Assembly: GCA_963833095.1 (NCBI GenBank)
Contig: CAWHWQ010000001.1
Location: 448,001 to 512,000, forward strand
Length of the DNA: 64,000 nt
Reading direction: 5' to 3'
Source of the DNA: Vulcanimicrobiota bacterium
GTDB lineage: Bacteria > Vulcanimicrobiota > Vulcanimicrobiia > Vulcanimicrobiales > Vulcanimicrobiaceae
A program made the translations under genes and the position numbers. The notes beneath the pieces are model-generated. The model ran no database searches and was not told the origin of the DNA. It worked only from the letters and a program-made list of their open reading frames with translations. This document shows positions 32,049-42,274 of the stretch, in pieces (the first letter of the stretch is position 1; each line of letters begins with the position of its first letter).

Positions 32049-32938
32049 GCCTGCTCCGTACCCACGATCACCCCGTGCTCGATTTGCAGCTCGACACCCG
32101 TCTTCATATGAAAGCGGCCCGAACCGCCGCGCTCGATCGCGCGAACGGCGGCTTCGACGTGAACGAAATCGACGTCGCGCAAGCCGTCTTGTTCCGCGAG
32201 CGCCGCGCGCACCTCGCGCCGCAGATCGGCGCGCTGCGTTCCGGCCATCTCTTCGGCCAGCACTTCCGCAGTACGCGCGACCGCCGCGTCCAGCCCGGGA
32301 AAGAGCGGGCGCAGCGCCTCGAGCGCGTCGCGCACCGCATTGCGGCGCAGTCCGCGATCGGCGTTGGTGGGATCGACCGCGTACGGCAGCGCGTGCGCGT
32401 GACAGAGCCGGCGCAAATCTTCGGCGGCAACGCGCAGCAACGGGCGCGCCAAATCGACGCCCGGCGCCAGCGGCCGGCGCGCGCGCATGCCGGCAAGTCC
32501 GTCGGGACCCGCGCCGCGGAAGCAGCGCAAGCAAGCACCGTTTCGCTCTGATCCTCCGGTGGTGCGCGGTCGCGACGGCGTTCGCGCCGGCGGCTCGCGC
32601 GCGATCTGCGCGAGCGCTTCGTAGCGCGCGTCGCGCAGCGCGGCTTCGTCGTGCGATCGCCCTCGAGCGCTGCGACGCGCACGGCCAGCCCGAACGTTGC
32701 GCCGACGCGCAGAACGACGCATTCGTCTTGCCAAGCCGATGCGCGCGTCGCCGTGATTGACGTGCGCGATCGCGAGCTCCAGGTCCATCGGCTTTGCGCA
32801 GCGCGCGAGCGCGTGCGGCGAGCGCGACCGAATCGGCACCGCCGCTGCACGCGATCGTGACCCGATCGCCGCGACGGATCACGCCGCTCGCGTTCGATCG
32901 CTCTGTTCGATCGCCGCTTCCGGCTTCGCGCCGCGCAT
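32045..32938 (-). CDS. tilS: tRNA(Ile)-lysidine synthetase (indels)
   Basis: ACSGGADSVAL, HVNHG, RDARY, DQSETVL, DPTN...RRNAVR. Confidence 0.9.
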
Positions 32939-32940
32939 CG

Positions 32941-33430
32941 TTATCGCAGTGCGGGCGATTTCGCGCTCGACGTCGCGCTTGGCGACGTCCTCGCGCTTGT
33001 CCCAGAGCTTCTTGCCTCGCGCAAGGCCGAGCTGGACTTTCACTTTGCCGCGCGTGAAATACATCCGCAGCGGAACGATCGTCAGGCCCTTCTCTTCCAC
33101 GCGCGCCTGAAGATCGGCGATCTGCTCTTTGTGCAGCAGCAGTTTGCGCGGCCGATTGGGATCTACGTTGGAAAAGCTGCCTTGCTTGTAGGGCGGAACG
33201 TGCATGCCCATCAGCCACGCCTCGCCGTCGCGAAAGCGCGCGTACGCTTCGCTCATACTGACGCCGCCGGCGCGAATCGACTTGACCTCGGTGCCGGTCA
33301 GGGCAAGCCCCGCTTCGACTGAATCGAGAATGTGATACTCGTGCCGCGCGCGGCGGTTGTCGATCGCAGGCTCGTTGCGCTTCTTAGCTTGCTCTTTAGC
33401 AGCGACGCGCGGTTGTTTCGACTTAGCCAT
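32941..33430 (-). CDS. smpB: SsrA-binding protein (as written the ORF reads on to 32879; likely indel near the stop)
   Basis: NRRARHEY, AGLALTGTEVKSIR, RKLLLHK, GLARGKKLWDKRE. Confidence 0.95.
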
Positions 33431-33968
33431 GCGAAAGGCGCTCCGCCCGAGGCTCGCCCCACGCTGCGTGGGGCCCCGAAGTAGACATAACGTCGTTAGC
33501 CATCCTGGGATCGGGACTTCGACTCGTTATTTCGTCTTCCAACACGGTAATCGTCGACCGCGTCGAGCGGCCCCCGCGAGACGAATTTGCCTTCGCCGTC
33601 GGCAAGCACGTGCCGCGCGTCGCTCACCTGTGCTTCGAGGCCCAGCACGTTGCGGCGCTGCCAAGGTGACGCGTCCGCGTAATCGGGATCGGCTCGCCGA
33701 TCGGCACGGGCTTGCGAAAGCGCACGTTCACGCTGGCAGTGACGCCGCGATGTCCGGCCGAAGCCGGCGGCGTGCGCCATCGCTTCGTCGATAAGCGACA
33801 TCGCGATGCCGCCGTGCGCCACCGATTCCAGCCTTGAAATTCCGGTGCGAGCGTGGTTTCCGCTCGCACGCCGTCGCCGTCACCGTCGGCGTCAAAATGC
33901 AAATGCAGGCCGATCGGGTTCTCCGGGCCGCACGCAAAACAATTCCCGTCGTCGACCGGCACGCTCAC
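33423..33968 (-). CDS. PaaI/hotdog thioesterase (indels; end uncertain)
   Basis: CFACGPENPIGL, AHGGIAMSLIDEAM, VTASVNVRFRKPVP. Confidence 0.8.
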
Positions 33969-34696
33969 CGTCCCGACTCCAACCGCATCGCGAGATACTC
34001 GGGCAGATGGGCCTCGTGAATCTTATCCTGAACCTCGCGGATCGGATAGGGATACCGTACCCACTCAACTTTGCGGCTTTGCGGATCGTAAAAAACGAAC
34101 GACGCTTCGCGGATTGAGGTCGCGCGGCTGCCCGACGCTGCCGACATCGACGATGTAGCGCTGCGACCCTCTTCGAGGCGCAGCTCGCCGCCGTGCTGCA
34201 TGTGCCGATGCCCAACGTTGCCGTCGGGCTCGGGAACCCAGTACTCCGCGATGTGCGTGTGCCCGATAAAGACCAGCGGCGCGTCGGTCAGCGCAAACGC
34301 TTTGGCCGCCGTGCGCTTGTCGAGAATGTATTCGAAGTAGTTTACCGGCGCGCCATGCACCATCAGGAAATCCGGATAGCGAATTTCGTACGAGAGGCTG
34401 TTGAGCCATGCGCGGCTCTCGTCGTTGAGCACGCTTCTGCGTCCAGGCGATCGCCGCGCGCGCCGCGTCGTTGAAATACTCCACGCCGAAGTTTTCGAGC
34501 GCCGCGAGGTCGTGATTTCCCAGCACTGCATGCTTGCAGCGCGAGTCCGCAGCAGCGCGATGCACTCGTTGGGATTGGGACCGTAGCCGACGATGTCACC
34601 CAAGCACAACACCTGGTCGTCGGGCTCCATCAGCGAAAACGCGCGCTCGAGCGACTCGATGTTCCCGTGAACGTCGGAGACGATCGCGTACCTCAC
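33965..34696 (-). CDS. Calcineurin-like metallophosphoesterase (indels)
   Basis: SDVHGN, LGDIVGYG, GNHD, GHTH, GSVGQPRD. Confidence 0.88.
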   Translation of the reverse strand: MRYAIVSDVHGNIESLERAFSLMEPDDQVLCLGDIVGYGPNPNECIALLRTRAASMQCWEITTSRRSKTSAWSISTTRRARRSPGRRSVLNDESRAWLNSLSYEIRYPDFLMVHGAPVNYFEYILDKRTAAKAFALTDAPLVFIGHTHIAEYWVPEPDGNVGHRHMQHGGELRLEEGRSATSSMSAASGSRATSIREASFVFYDPQSRKVEWVRYPYPIREVQDKIHEAHLPEYLAMRLESGR

Positions 34697-35812
34697 GCGT
34701 GCACGCTCGGAAGAGCAGCCACGACGTCGCGGAAGGCGGCCGCAAACGCGTCGCGCATCGGCGGCGTTCCGGCACTGACGCGCACGTAGCGGTCGAGCGG
34801 CGGCAAACCCGGCTTGCGGATCCACACGCCACGCACCAGCAATTCGTTCATCACCGTCGTCGCGCGCGCTGCCTCGCCCAGGTCGATGCATACGAAATTC
34901 GTCGCCGACTCGATCGCACCCAAGCCGAGCTCGCGGGCAAGCGCGTAGTAATCCTCGCGCGCTTGCGCGACCGCGTCAACGACGTAGCGGCGAAAGGGCT
35001 CGTCGGCGAGCGACGCGAGCGCCCCGATCTGCGCGTTGCGATTGACGCCGTAGTGCAGGCGAATCTTCTGGAGGATGCCGATCACTCGCTCGGAGGCGAT
35101 GGCGTAGCCGATCCGCGCGCCCGCCATACCGTAGGCTTTGGAGAACGTGCGCATGCGAATCAGCCGGTCCTCGACGTGCATCGGCAACAGGGCCGACTCG
35201 TCGACGAAGTCGGCGTAGGCTTCGTCGAGCAACAAGACCGCGTCGCGCGGAAGCGCGTCAAAGAAGCGCTGCATCTCGTCTCGTGCGACAAACGTGCCGC
35301 TCGGATTGTCGGGATTGGCGAGGTAGATGACCGCTGCGCGCTCGCGCGCGGCGACCGCGGCAAGTTCGTCGAGATCGAGTTGTCCGTCGGCGCGATAGTG
35401 CGCGTACACCAGACGTCCGCCGTAGCCGTTGACGTGATAGTTGAAAGTTGGATACGAACCGCGCGTGGTCAAGCGCGGCGCCGCCGGGCGCGACAAACGC
35501 GCGAACCACCAGGCCCATCAAATCGTCGATGCCGGCACCGACGACGACCTCTTCGACGCGGCAGCCGTGCTTGCGCGCGAGCGCTTCGCGCAGGTCGTAC
35601 GATTCGGGATCGCCGTACCACGATAGACGCTCGAGCTCGGCCGTCATTGCGGCGACGGCGCGCGGCGACGGACCGAAGGCGCTTTCGTTGGCCCCCAGGC
35701 GAACGAGCGACGAATGCCCGGTCTCGCGCATGAGTTGCTCGGGGCCGATAAAGGGTGTCATCGGCTCGATCGCTTCGATCGCGGGCGCAGGGCGGATCAC
35801 CAGCTTTTCCAT
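34693..35812 (-). CDS. Class I/II PLP aminotransferase, HisC-like (indel near 35470)
   Basis: LGANES, ANPDNPSG, DEAY, RTFSKAYGMAGARIGY. Confidence 0.85.
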
Positions 35813-35824
35813 ACCTCCATAAAA

Positions 35825-37064
35825 CTAGATGAATCGCCGTATCGTCACAGGCGACCCTATCTCCAAGTCTTCGGCTTCTTCAGGGACGACTATGTATCCA
35901 TCGGCTTGGGCCGTAAGGCTCTACGAGCGCGGAGCGAACCGGCAACGGCCACGCGGTCCAATGATCTGAGTCGCTTTCGGGGTCCCGCTCGGCGCGGACA
36001 GGCACGAACCAGGTCCATCCTTTGCGGGTATGCACGCCGGCGCCAAGACGCGCAGAGAAGGTGGCCGGGGGCAACGGTGCGCCTGCTAGCGCTTCAATGA
36101 TCGGTGCAACCACCGCTTCTAGAATCACCAGCGCCGACGTTGGGTTGCCCGGTAGCCCGATGACCGGCTTGGATCCAACCGCCGCGAGCACCGTCGGCTT
36201 ACCGGGTTTGACCCGCAGCCCATGAACGATGACGCCCGGTGCGCCAAGTGCGGCAATCGCTGCCGGCGTACGATCCATTTCACCCACCGACGAGCCGCCG
36301 GTTACGATCGCCGCATCTGCTTCGGTAAGCGCGCGACGTAAGGCGCGCTCGAGCGCGCCTGGCACATCGGATACGGTCGCCCCGTGAAACGGCTGCGCGC
36401 CCATACCTTGTAGCGCACCAGCCACCGCGTGGCGATTCGAATCGCGCACTTGTCCGGGCGCGGGATGCATGCCGGGCGGCACCAGTTCATCGCCGCTCGA
36501 GATTACCGCGATGCGCGGTCGCGGAAAGACCGGCACCATGGTGACACCGAGCGTTGCTAAGACGCCCATCTGTGGGCCACCGATGCGCGTCCCCCGCGCG
36601 AGCATCGTCACCCCTGCCAGCATGTCGCCCCCGGCCGGGTTGACGTTGGTTCCCGGCTCGAGAACGGTCTCGATAGCAACATTTGCGCCCAGCAAGCGCA
36701 CCTCTTCGATCGGAACGACCGCGTCTGCGCCTTCGGGTACGACGCCGCCGGTCGGAATGCGCAGCGCCTCGCCGGCCTGCAGCGGCAGCGCCCACGGACG
36801 GCCCATCGCGATCTCGCCGGCGATGACAAAGACGCCCGGCCCCCGCGCGCTATCGATCGCAAACCCGTCCATCGCCGAGCGCGGAACGCTTGGATAGTCG
36901 GCGTCGGCGACGATTTGCTCGGCTAAAATGCGACCGCACGCATCCTCGAGCCGGACGCGTTCGGGCGCCCGAGGCGCCACCGCCACACGAGAGAGGAACG
37001 CCGCAACCGCCTGCGCGGGCGACAAAAGATTTTCCTCGAGAAAGACGAAGCCGCGCTGTTCCAT
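35825..37064 (-). CDS. moeA: Molybdopterin molybdotransferase (indel near 35915)
   Basis: SAMDGFA, IPTGG, SSGDEL, TGGSSVG, KPGKP, GLPGNP. Confidence 0.92.
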
Positions 37065-38346
37065 GCTCGATATCGCTCTTGTCCGACGCGATCCCGATCG
37101 CGTGCGCCGTTCGGCGCAACGTCGTGGGATCGACGCCTCGTTTGTGGACGAGGTTCTGCGTCTGGATGCGCAGTACCGCTCCGAGTTGGCGGAAGCCGAG
37201 CGGTTGAAAGCTGAAAAGAACGTCCTGTCCGCGCAGATCGCCAAAGCCGCTGACAAAGCGGCGGCGGCGCGCGATTTGCGTCCGCAACTCGACACGATTT
37301 CGGCATCGATCGCGGTGCATGACGAGCAGGCAAAGGCCCTAGCTCCCGACTCGCCGCAGTCTCCGCTGCGCGCGCTGCTCGAGAATACGCCCAATGTACT
37401 CGACGACTCGGTTCCGAGCGGCAGTGATTCCAGCGCAAATGTCCTCGTGCGCACGTGGGGCACGCCGCGCCGGTTCGATTTTGCGCCAAAGCCGCACTAC
37501 GAATTGGGCGAAGCGCACGACATTCTCGATTTCGAGCGCGCGGCCAAACTCTCGGGCAGCCGCTTTTGCGTGCTCAAAGGCAAGGGCGCAAAGCTGCAGC
37601 GGGCGCTCGCGCAGTTTTTCCTGGATCGCGCAACCGCGCGCGGGTATGCGGAGATTGCGCCGCCCGTGCTCGTGACGCGCGAAACGATGTGGAGCACCGG
37701 ACAACTGACCAAATTTTCCGACGCGATGTTCGCGGATCCCGATGCGGACCTGTTCATGATTCCGACTGCCGAGGTGCCGCTGACCGCCCTGCATTCGGGT
37801 GAGATTCTCGACGCGGCCGAGCTTCCGCGCAGGCTGACCGCGCACACGCCGTGTTTTCGTAAAGAGGCCGGCGCCGCGGGAAGAGATACGCGCGGGCTTA
37901 TTCGGCAGCACCAGTTCGAGAAGGTCGAGCTCGTGTCGCTGACGTTACCGGAGGCTTCGTTCGAGATGCTCGAGCAGATGACGGCGGACGCCGAGGCGCT
38001 CCTGCAAGAGCTCGAGCTGCCGTATCGCACGATGCTCTTGTGCGCGGGCGATGTCAGCTTCAACAGCGCCAAGACCTACGATTTAGAGGTATGGCTTCCA
38101 AGCGCGAATACGTATCGCGAAATCAGTTCGTGCTCGAACTGCACCGACTTTCAGGCGCGGCGCGCGTCGATTCGAATGCGCCGCGACGCTAAGGCCAAAC
38201 CCGAGCACGTTCACACGCTCAACGGTTCGGCGCTGGCCGTCGGACGCACGCTGCTCGCGGTCTTGGAAAATTTTCAGCAGGCGGACGGATCGATCGAGAT
38301 TCCGCGCGCGCTCGTGCCATACACCGGCTTCGAGCGCATCGGCTAA
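37063..38346 (+). CDS. serS: Serine--tRNA ligase
   Basis: IPTAEVPL, FRKEAG...GLIRQHQFEKVE, EISSCSNC, HTLNGSALAVGR. Confidence 0.97.
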   Translation: MLDIALVRRDPDRVRRSAQRRGIDASFVDEVLRLDAQYRSELAEAERLKAEKNVLSAQIAKAADKAAAARDLRPQLDTISASIAVHDEQAKALAPDSPQSPLRALLENTPNVLDDSVPSGSDSSANVLVRTWGTPRRFDFAPKPHYELGEAHDILDFERAAKLSGSRFCVLKGKGAKLQRALAQFFLDRATARGYAEIAPPVLVTRETMWSTGQLTKFSDAMFADPDADLFMIPTAEVPLTALHSGEILDAAELPRRLTAHTPCFRKEAGAAGRDTRGLIRQHQFEKVELVSLTLPEASFEMLEQMTADAEALLQELELPYRTMLLCAGDVSFNSAKTYDLEVWLPSANTYREISSCSNCTDFQARRASIRMRRDAKAKPEHVHTLNGSALAVGRTLLAVLENFQQADGSIEIPRALVPYTGFERIG

Positions 38347-38549
38347 CTTGTCATCCCAGCGTAGCGAACGCAGTGAGCGTAGTCGAGGGACCGCCTAACG
38401 TCCGTCCCTTCGACATTCGGCCTCACTAAGCGCCTCGCGTCTCGCACAAAGCTACATTGTCAGGGTGCTCGCCGCTCGGCTAACCCGTTCAGCCGAACGT
38501 CGAAGTCGGGCCGTTGCAGCGGTCCCCCGTCTACGCTCGGGATGACAAG
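38347..38549. repeat. REP/MITE-like long imperfect palindrome (copy 1)
   Basis: Arms CTTGTCATCCC(G)AGCGTAG ... CTACGCTCGGGATGACAAG, shared with 61872-62101; nested inner repeat CTTCGACATTCGGC/GCCGAACGTCGAAG. Confidence 0.8.
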
Positions 38550-38896
38550 GCATCGGCTAGCGCATCGACAACGGGCGAGCGCTGCGGCCGCTCGACGCCC
38601 GCTGGATAGTGCGCCTCGATGTACACACGCGTTTGCTCCGGTCCTTCACGTTTGAACGTCGCGCTCACGCGCTCTTGGTTGACCGTGCCAAAGCCCGCCT
38701 CGATCGTATGCGAGAGTCGGTCGTCGAGGTAGATGTTCGCTCCGAGTACGCGCACGAACGCATCTCGCGCGCGCTCGTACGCTTCGTCGATTCCAATTGA
38801 AACGATGACCTCGCGATGCGCCCGCAGCCCGATCGCCGGAACTTGCCGTTTGCGCAAGCCGAGTGATTCGAGCAGATCGCCGAAGAACGAGCTCAC
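38531..38896 (-). CDS. Hypothetical protein
   Basis: GTGA-coupled to the upstream gene; last codons and stop lie in the repeat arm. Confidence 0.6.
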   Translation of the reverse strand: MSSFFGDLLESLGLRKRQVPAIGLRAHREVIVSIGIDEAYERARDAFVRVLGANIYLDDRLSHTIEAGFGTVNQERVSATFKREGPEQTRVYIEAHYPAGVERPQRSPVVDALADALSSRA

Positions 38897-40128
38897 CGCG
38901 CCATGATCCACGCCGCGATCAGGCCAAGCACACAGAGCCCGGTGAGGGCGGCCGCCGGAACGACGCTCTGCGGACGCCGGGTGAAGGCCAGTGTGTAGGC
39001 AGCCTTCAGTACGTTGTTCGAGGACGCGGCGATGACGATGGCGATGGACGCGGTTGCAACGCCGATGGTCGCAACGCCGCCCTGCGCGAGGCTCAGCACG
39101 AAGGGGTCAACGTCGGTGACACCGACCAGCGCGGCCAACGCCAGCACGCCGTGCGCACCCGCATTTGCCTGCACCCATTTCGAGAGCACCGAGATCGCGA
39201 TCAACAGCGCGGCGAAGATCGCCGCCGTACCGAGACGGAGCGGGTTCTTTGGAACGACGTTGGGCGCTTTGACGCCGGCGCCGCGACGCGCGAAGATGGC
39301 AGCGATTGAAATTGCGATTGCCGCCAGGACGACCATCGGAATCACGATCGAACGCGCAAGTGCGATATTGAAGATCGCGACGATGGCCATCATGCGCAGA
39401 AACATCATCGCGGTGGCGGCGACGATTCCGGCCGTGATCTCCGGTGTGACCCCTTCGTCGTGCGCTGTGCGCGCCAGCACGACGGTCGTCGCCGTGGAGG
39501 AATAAAGACCGCCGAGCGCCGCGGCGACGATCACACCGCTCTGCGGAAGCACGTAGCGCTGCAGCAGGTAGCTCGCATACGAAAGCGTCGAAACCGCGAC
39601 AACCGCGAGCCAGACGCTGAAGGGAGTAATTTGGGTGTACGGAATACGCGGCGCGCCATAAAGCAGCGGCAGCACGACGCCGACCAGCAGCAAGAATTGG
39701 CCCAGCGTGACGGCTTCTTCTTTCGGAACGCGCGCGACGAACGCGTGCAGCCAGGCACGCGAGCCCACAAGCAATACCGCGCCCACGATGAGCGCAAACG
39801 AAACCCACAGTGGTTGCGTCAGCGCAATCGGCCCAAGTACGAACGCGATCACCACGCACATCGGGACGATCAATGGTCCGTCGGCTGCTTTGCGAGCGCC
39901 ATCGAGCACGCTGCGAATGTACAGACCGATCCATGCGCCCAGCACAAACAAGCCTGCGATAAACGCAAGCGCGAAGCGGGGTTCGATCAGGTAGAGCGCA
40001 GCACCGGCGAATGAAACAAGGGGGAAGGTACGGATGCCACCCGGCACCGGCGGGTTCTCGCCGCCAAAAAATTCCTCAAACGCAAATCCGAAGAAGAGCG
40101 AAAGCGCGAGGAGGACGAGGTAACTCAC
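38893..40128 (-). CDS. MgtC/SapB-like + DUF4010 membrane protein
   Basis: GGIRTFPL, GGLYSSTATT, GVTDVDPF, SNNVLK. Confidence 0.82.
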   Translation of the reverse strand: MSYLVLLALSLFFGFAFEEFFGGENPPVPGGIRTFPLVSFAGAALYLIEPRFALAFIAGLFVLGAWIGLYIRSVLDGARKAADGPLIVPMCVVIAFVLGPIALTQPLWVSFALIVGAVLLVGSRAWLHAFVARVPKEEAVTLGQFLLLVGVVLPLLYGAPRIPYTQITPFSVWLAVVAVSTLSYASYLLQRYVLPQSGVIVAAALGGLYSSTATTVVLARTAHDEGVTPEITAGIVAATAMMFLRMMAIVAIFNIALARSIVIPMVVLAAIAISIAAIFARRGAGVKAPNVVPKNPLRLGTAAIFAALLIAISVLSKWVQANAGAHGVLALAALVGVTDVDPFVLSLAQGGVATIGVATASIAIVIAASSNNVLKAAYTLAFTRRPQSVVPAAALTGLCVLGLIAAWIMAR

Positions 40129-40724
40129 ATGCCGCGCCAGATTTCGCGCACCGTCGTGCTGCGATCGACGCGTTCGACGTCACGATACGTTGCGCCGGCA
40201 AAGTCCATCGACGGATTGGTGACGCCGTACCAGAAGTGCTCGTTCTTGAAGTGATGCCAGAGATGGTACTTCTTCACGTACCGTCCAAACGGTGTGACTG
40301 GATTGAACGCAATATGCGCCACGTAATGGACCCACTCATAGTAAAACAGCGCGCACATGCTTCCGAATGCAAGACAGAGCGCTACTGCCGGATTGCGGAC
40401 GATCGCAAGAAAGATTCCATAGTACGCCACGACGGTCGGGATCACGAACCACCACGGAAGAAAGAGCAGCTCGATCTTGGGCGGGTCGATGTGATGGTCA
40501 TAGTGGAGCTTGTGCTGCAATTTGAGAACGAACGGAATCTTCGAAGGCTGCGCGTGAAAGAGGAAACGATGCGTCGTGTATTCGGAAACAAAAAAGACAG
40601 CCGCGCCCACAACCGCTCCCACGAGCGAGAAAGGCACGGCTCCGATCGCAAAGACTACAACGGCCGCCACGATCGCGGCGGCTAAAATCGCGTTACTTCC
40701 ATGACGGAAGAACGAAAGGATCAT
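40125..40724 (-). CDS. Fatty acid hydroxylase/sterol desaturase family diiron enzyme
   Basis: His boxes EYTTHRFLFH, HYDHH, YEWVHYVAH, YHLWHHF. Confidence 0.85.
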   Translation of the reverse strand: MILSFFRHGSNAILAAAIVAAVVVFAIGAVPFSLVGAVVGAAVFFVSEYTTHRFLFHAQPSKIPFVLKLQHKLHYDHHIDPPKIELLFLPWWFVIPTVVAYYGIFLAIVRNPAVALCLAFGSMCALFYYEWVHYVAHIAFNPVTPFGRYVKKYHLWHHFKNEHFWYGVTNPSMDFAGATYRDVERVDRSTTVREIWRGM

Positions 40725-41656
40725 CCAGCGTCCTTGATCATGTCCAGCAATCCTTGACGATCGAGGTAGCGGATGTGTCCGCGCTCGCGCTTGAGCAGCT
40801 CACGCTGCTCCAACTCCGCGATCGCTCGCGCGGCAACCTCTTTGACCGTGCCTGCGGCAGCGGCGATTTGCGCCTGCGTGAGGTGTGGAAGCGGCAGGCG
40901 GGCCGGGCTGAGGCCTCGCTCTGGAATCGCGTAGGGCACGAGCACGTGCGCAATGCGCGCGATGATCGGCATCGTGGACTGCGTTGCGAGCGCCTGCATG
41001 TGATCCCGGCGCCGCTGCGCATTCACGCGACCTAATGCCAGGAGGATGTGCGTCTCACGCGCGCCCGCTTCAAGAACGACGCGCCGCGGAACGCGCAGGT
41101 ACCGGGCGACCTTCGAGAGCGCGATGACGCGTCCGCTGGCCGGCGCTTCGTCGAAGAGCTCCAGTTCACCGAAGAGTTCGTACGGAAAAATTTCGAGGAA
41201 GATGCGCGGGCGACCGTTGCCGTTTCCGGTCGTGAGCGCCAGCACGCCTTCGAAGACGATGCCTAGGTACGGCCATTCCGTGCCTTCGGTCACGATGGTC
41301 TGTCCACGTCGCATCGTGTGCAAACTCGCGTGCGCAGCAAGCTCGCTGCGCACGTCCTCGCTTGCGCCTGCAAAAACGGCGGAGCGCTTGATGATTCCCG
41401 CCGGAGAGGGCGCGTCATTCTCGACTGCGACCCGAGTAAGATGAATCATCCATTCGCGTTCGCCGACACGGCGATGATCCACCAGCACTTCACGCGGCCG
41501 CGCCTGCTCCATACGGAAGGCGAGGCCGCGCGGTTCGTGATCGGTCACGATGCTGAGCGATCCGCCCAGGGGCAGGCGATCGAATAGCTCCGAGATCATT
41601 CCCGGGCGCTCCCATACGGGAAGAGTACGCAGATCAAGACGCGCTACATCCATCAT
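40721..41656 (-). CDS. Crp/Fnr regulator with an N-terminal DUF2249 domain
   Basis: LDLRTLPVWERPGMISELFDRL...TDHEP (DUF2249); cNMP domain FGELELF; HTH LTQAQIAAAAGTVKEVAAR. Confidence 0.78.
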   Translation of the reverse strand: MMDVARLDLRTLPVWERPGMISELFDRLPLGGSLSIVTDHEPRGLAFRMEQARPREVLVDHRRVGEREWMIHLTRVAVENDAPSPAGIIKRSAVFAGASEDVRSELAAHASLHTMRRGQTIVTEGTEWPYLGIVFEGVLALTTGNGNGRPRIFLEIFPYELFGELELFDEAPASGRVIALSKVARYLRVPRRVVLEAGARETHILLALGRVNAQRRRDHMQALATQSTMPIIARIAHVLVPYAIPERGLSPARLPLPHLTQAQIAAAAGTVKEVAARAIAELEQRELLKRERGHIRYLDRQGLLDMIKDAG

Positions 41657-41674
41657 TTGGAACGCGCTTTCTCT

Positions 41675-42253
41675 TTAGCGGGTGGAACTACTGCCTGCCG
41701 GCGGCGGCAGCGCGGAGAGCGGAGCAAGCGCAACGGGCGTTTTGAGCGACTTCCACACCTTCTGCGGTGTCGCGGGCAACGTGTCCATGTGTTTAAGGAA
41801 GAGCGCCAGCGTCCAAATCTGGTCGTCGCTCAGTGACTTCGTGAACGCCGGCATGCCGGTCATCCGAATGCCGTGCTTGATGGTCCAAAACGTCTGGCCA
41901 GCGGGGTCATCCTCGACGCCGTGCTTGGCGAGCTGCGGTGCGTGCACGTAAAGCCCAATCGCTACCGTGCTCGACTGCTGGCCCGGGACGCCGTGGCAAG
42001 CGGAGCAGTTTTCGCTGTACAGTTTTATCCCGGCCAGATAGTCGGCATCCGTCGCGGCAATCGGGTTCGGCTGGGTCGGCGCCTCACGGGCGACCGTTGC
42101 GTGGAGCGAGCGTGACGCTGCCCAACGCTCCAACCGCGACGGTTTCGCATCAGCGTTGGCCGGAATCAACAACCCCTGGGTGATACCCACATAGCCAACC
42201 ACGAGCGCGAAGACGATGGTCGCAAGTACGCCAAGAATGAATCCCTTGAGCAC
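41675..42253 (-). CDS. Membrane-anchored monoheme cytochrome c
   Basis: CSACHG heme motif, GIRMTGMPAF; AAGGAG SD before GTG. Confidence 0.88.
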   Translation of the reverse strand: MLKGFILGVLATIVFALVVGYVGITQGLLIPANADAKPSRLERWAASRSLHATVAREAPTQPNPIAATDADYLAGIKLYSENCSACHGVPGQQSSTVAIGLYVHAPQLAKHGVEDDPAGQTFWTIKHGIRMTGMPAFTKSLSDDQIWTLALFLKHMDTLPATPQKVWKSLKTPVALAPLSALPPPAGSSSTR

Positions 42254-42274
42254 TGTTTCTCCTTTAGGACGGGT

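Noticed and set aside
32879..32945. SmpB C-terminal extension or SmpB-TilS fusion
   Set aside because: One indel before the TAA at 32941-43 restores a normal smpB end, and the region is error-rich
35880..37463. Long overlapping ORF extensions (527 aa moeA, 472 aa serS, 760 aa HyfB-like, 177 aa DUF190 through the tRNA) and the many antisense ORFs
   Set aside because: Stop-poor shadow frames of high-GC DNA; family N-termini and SD positions define shorter genes
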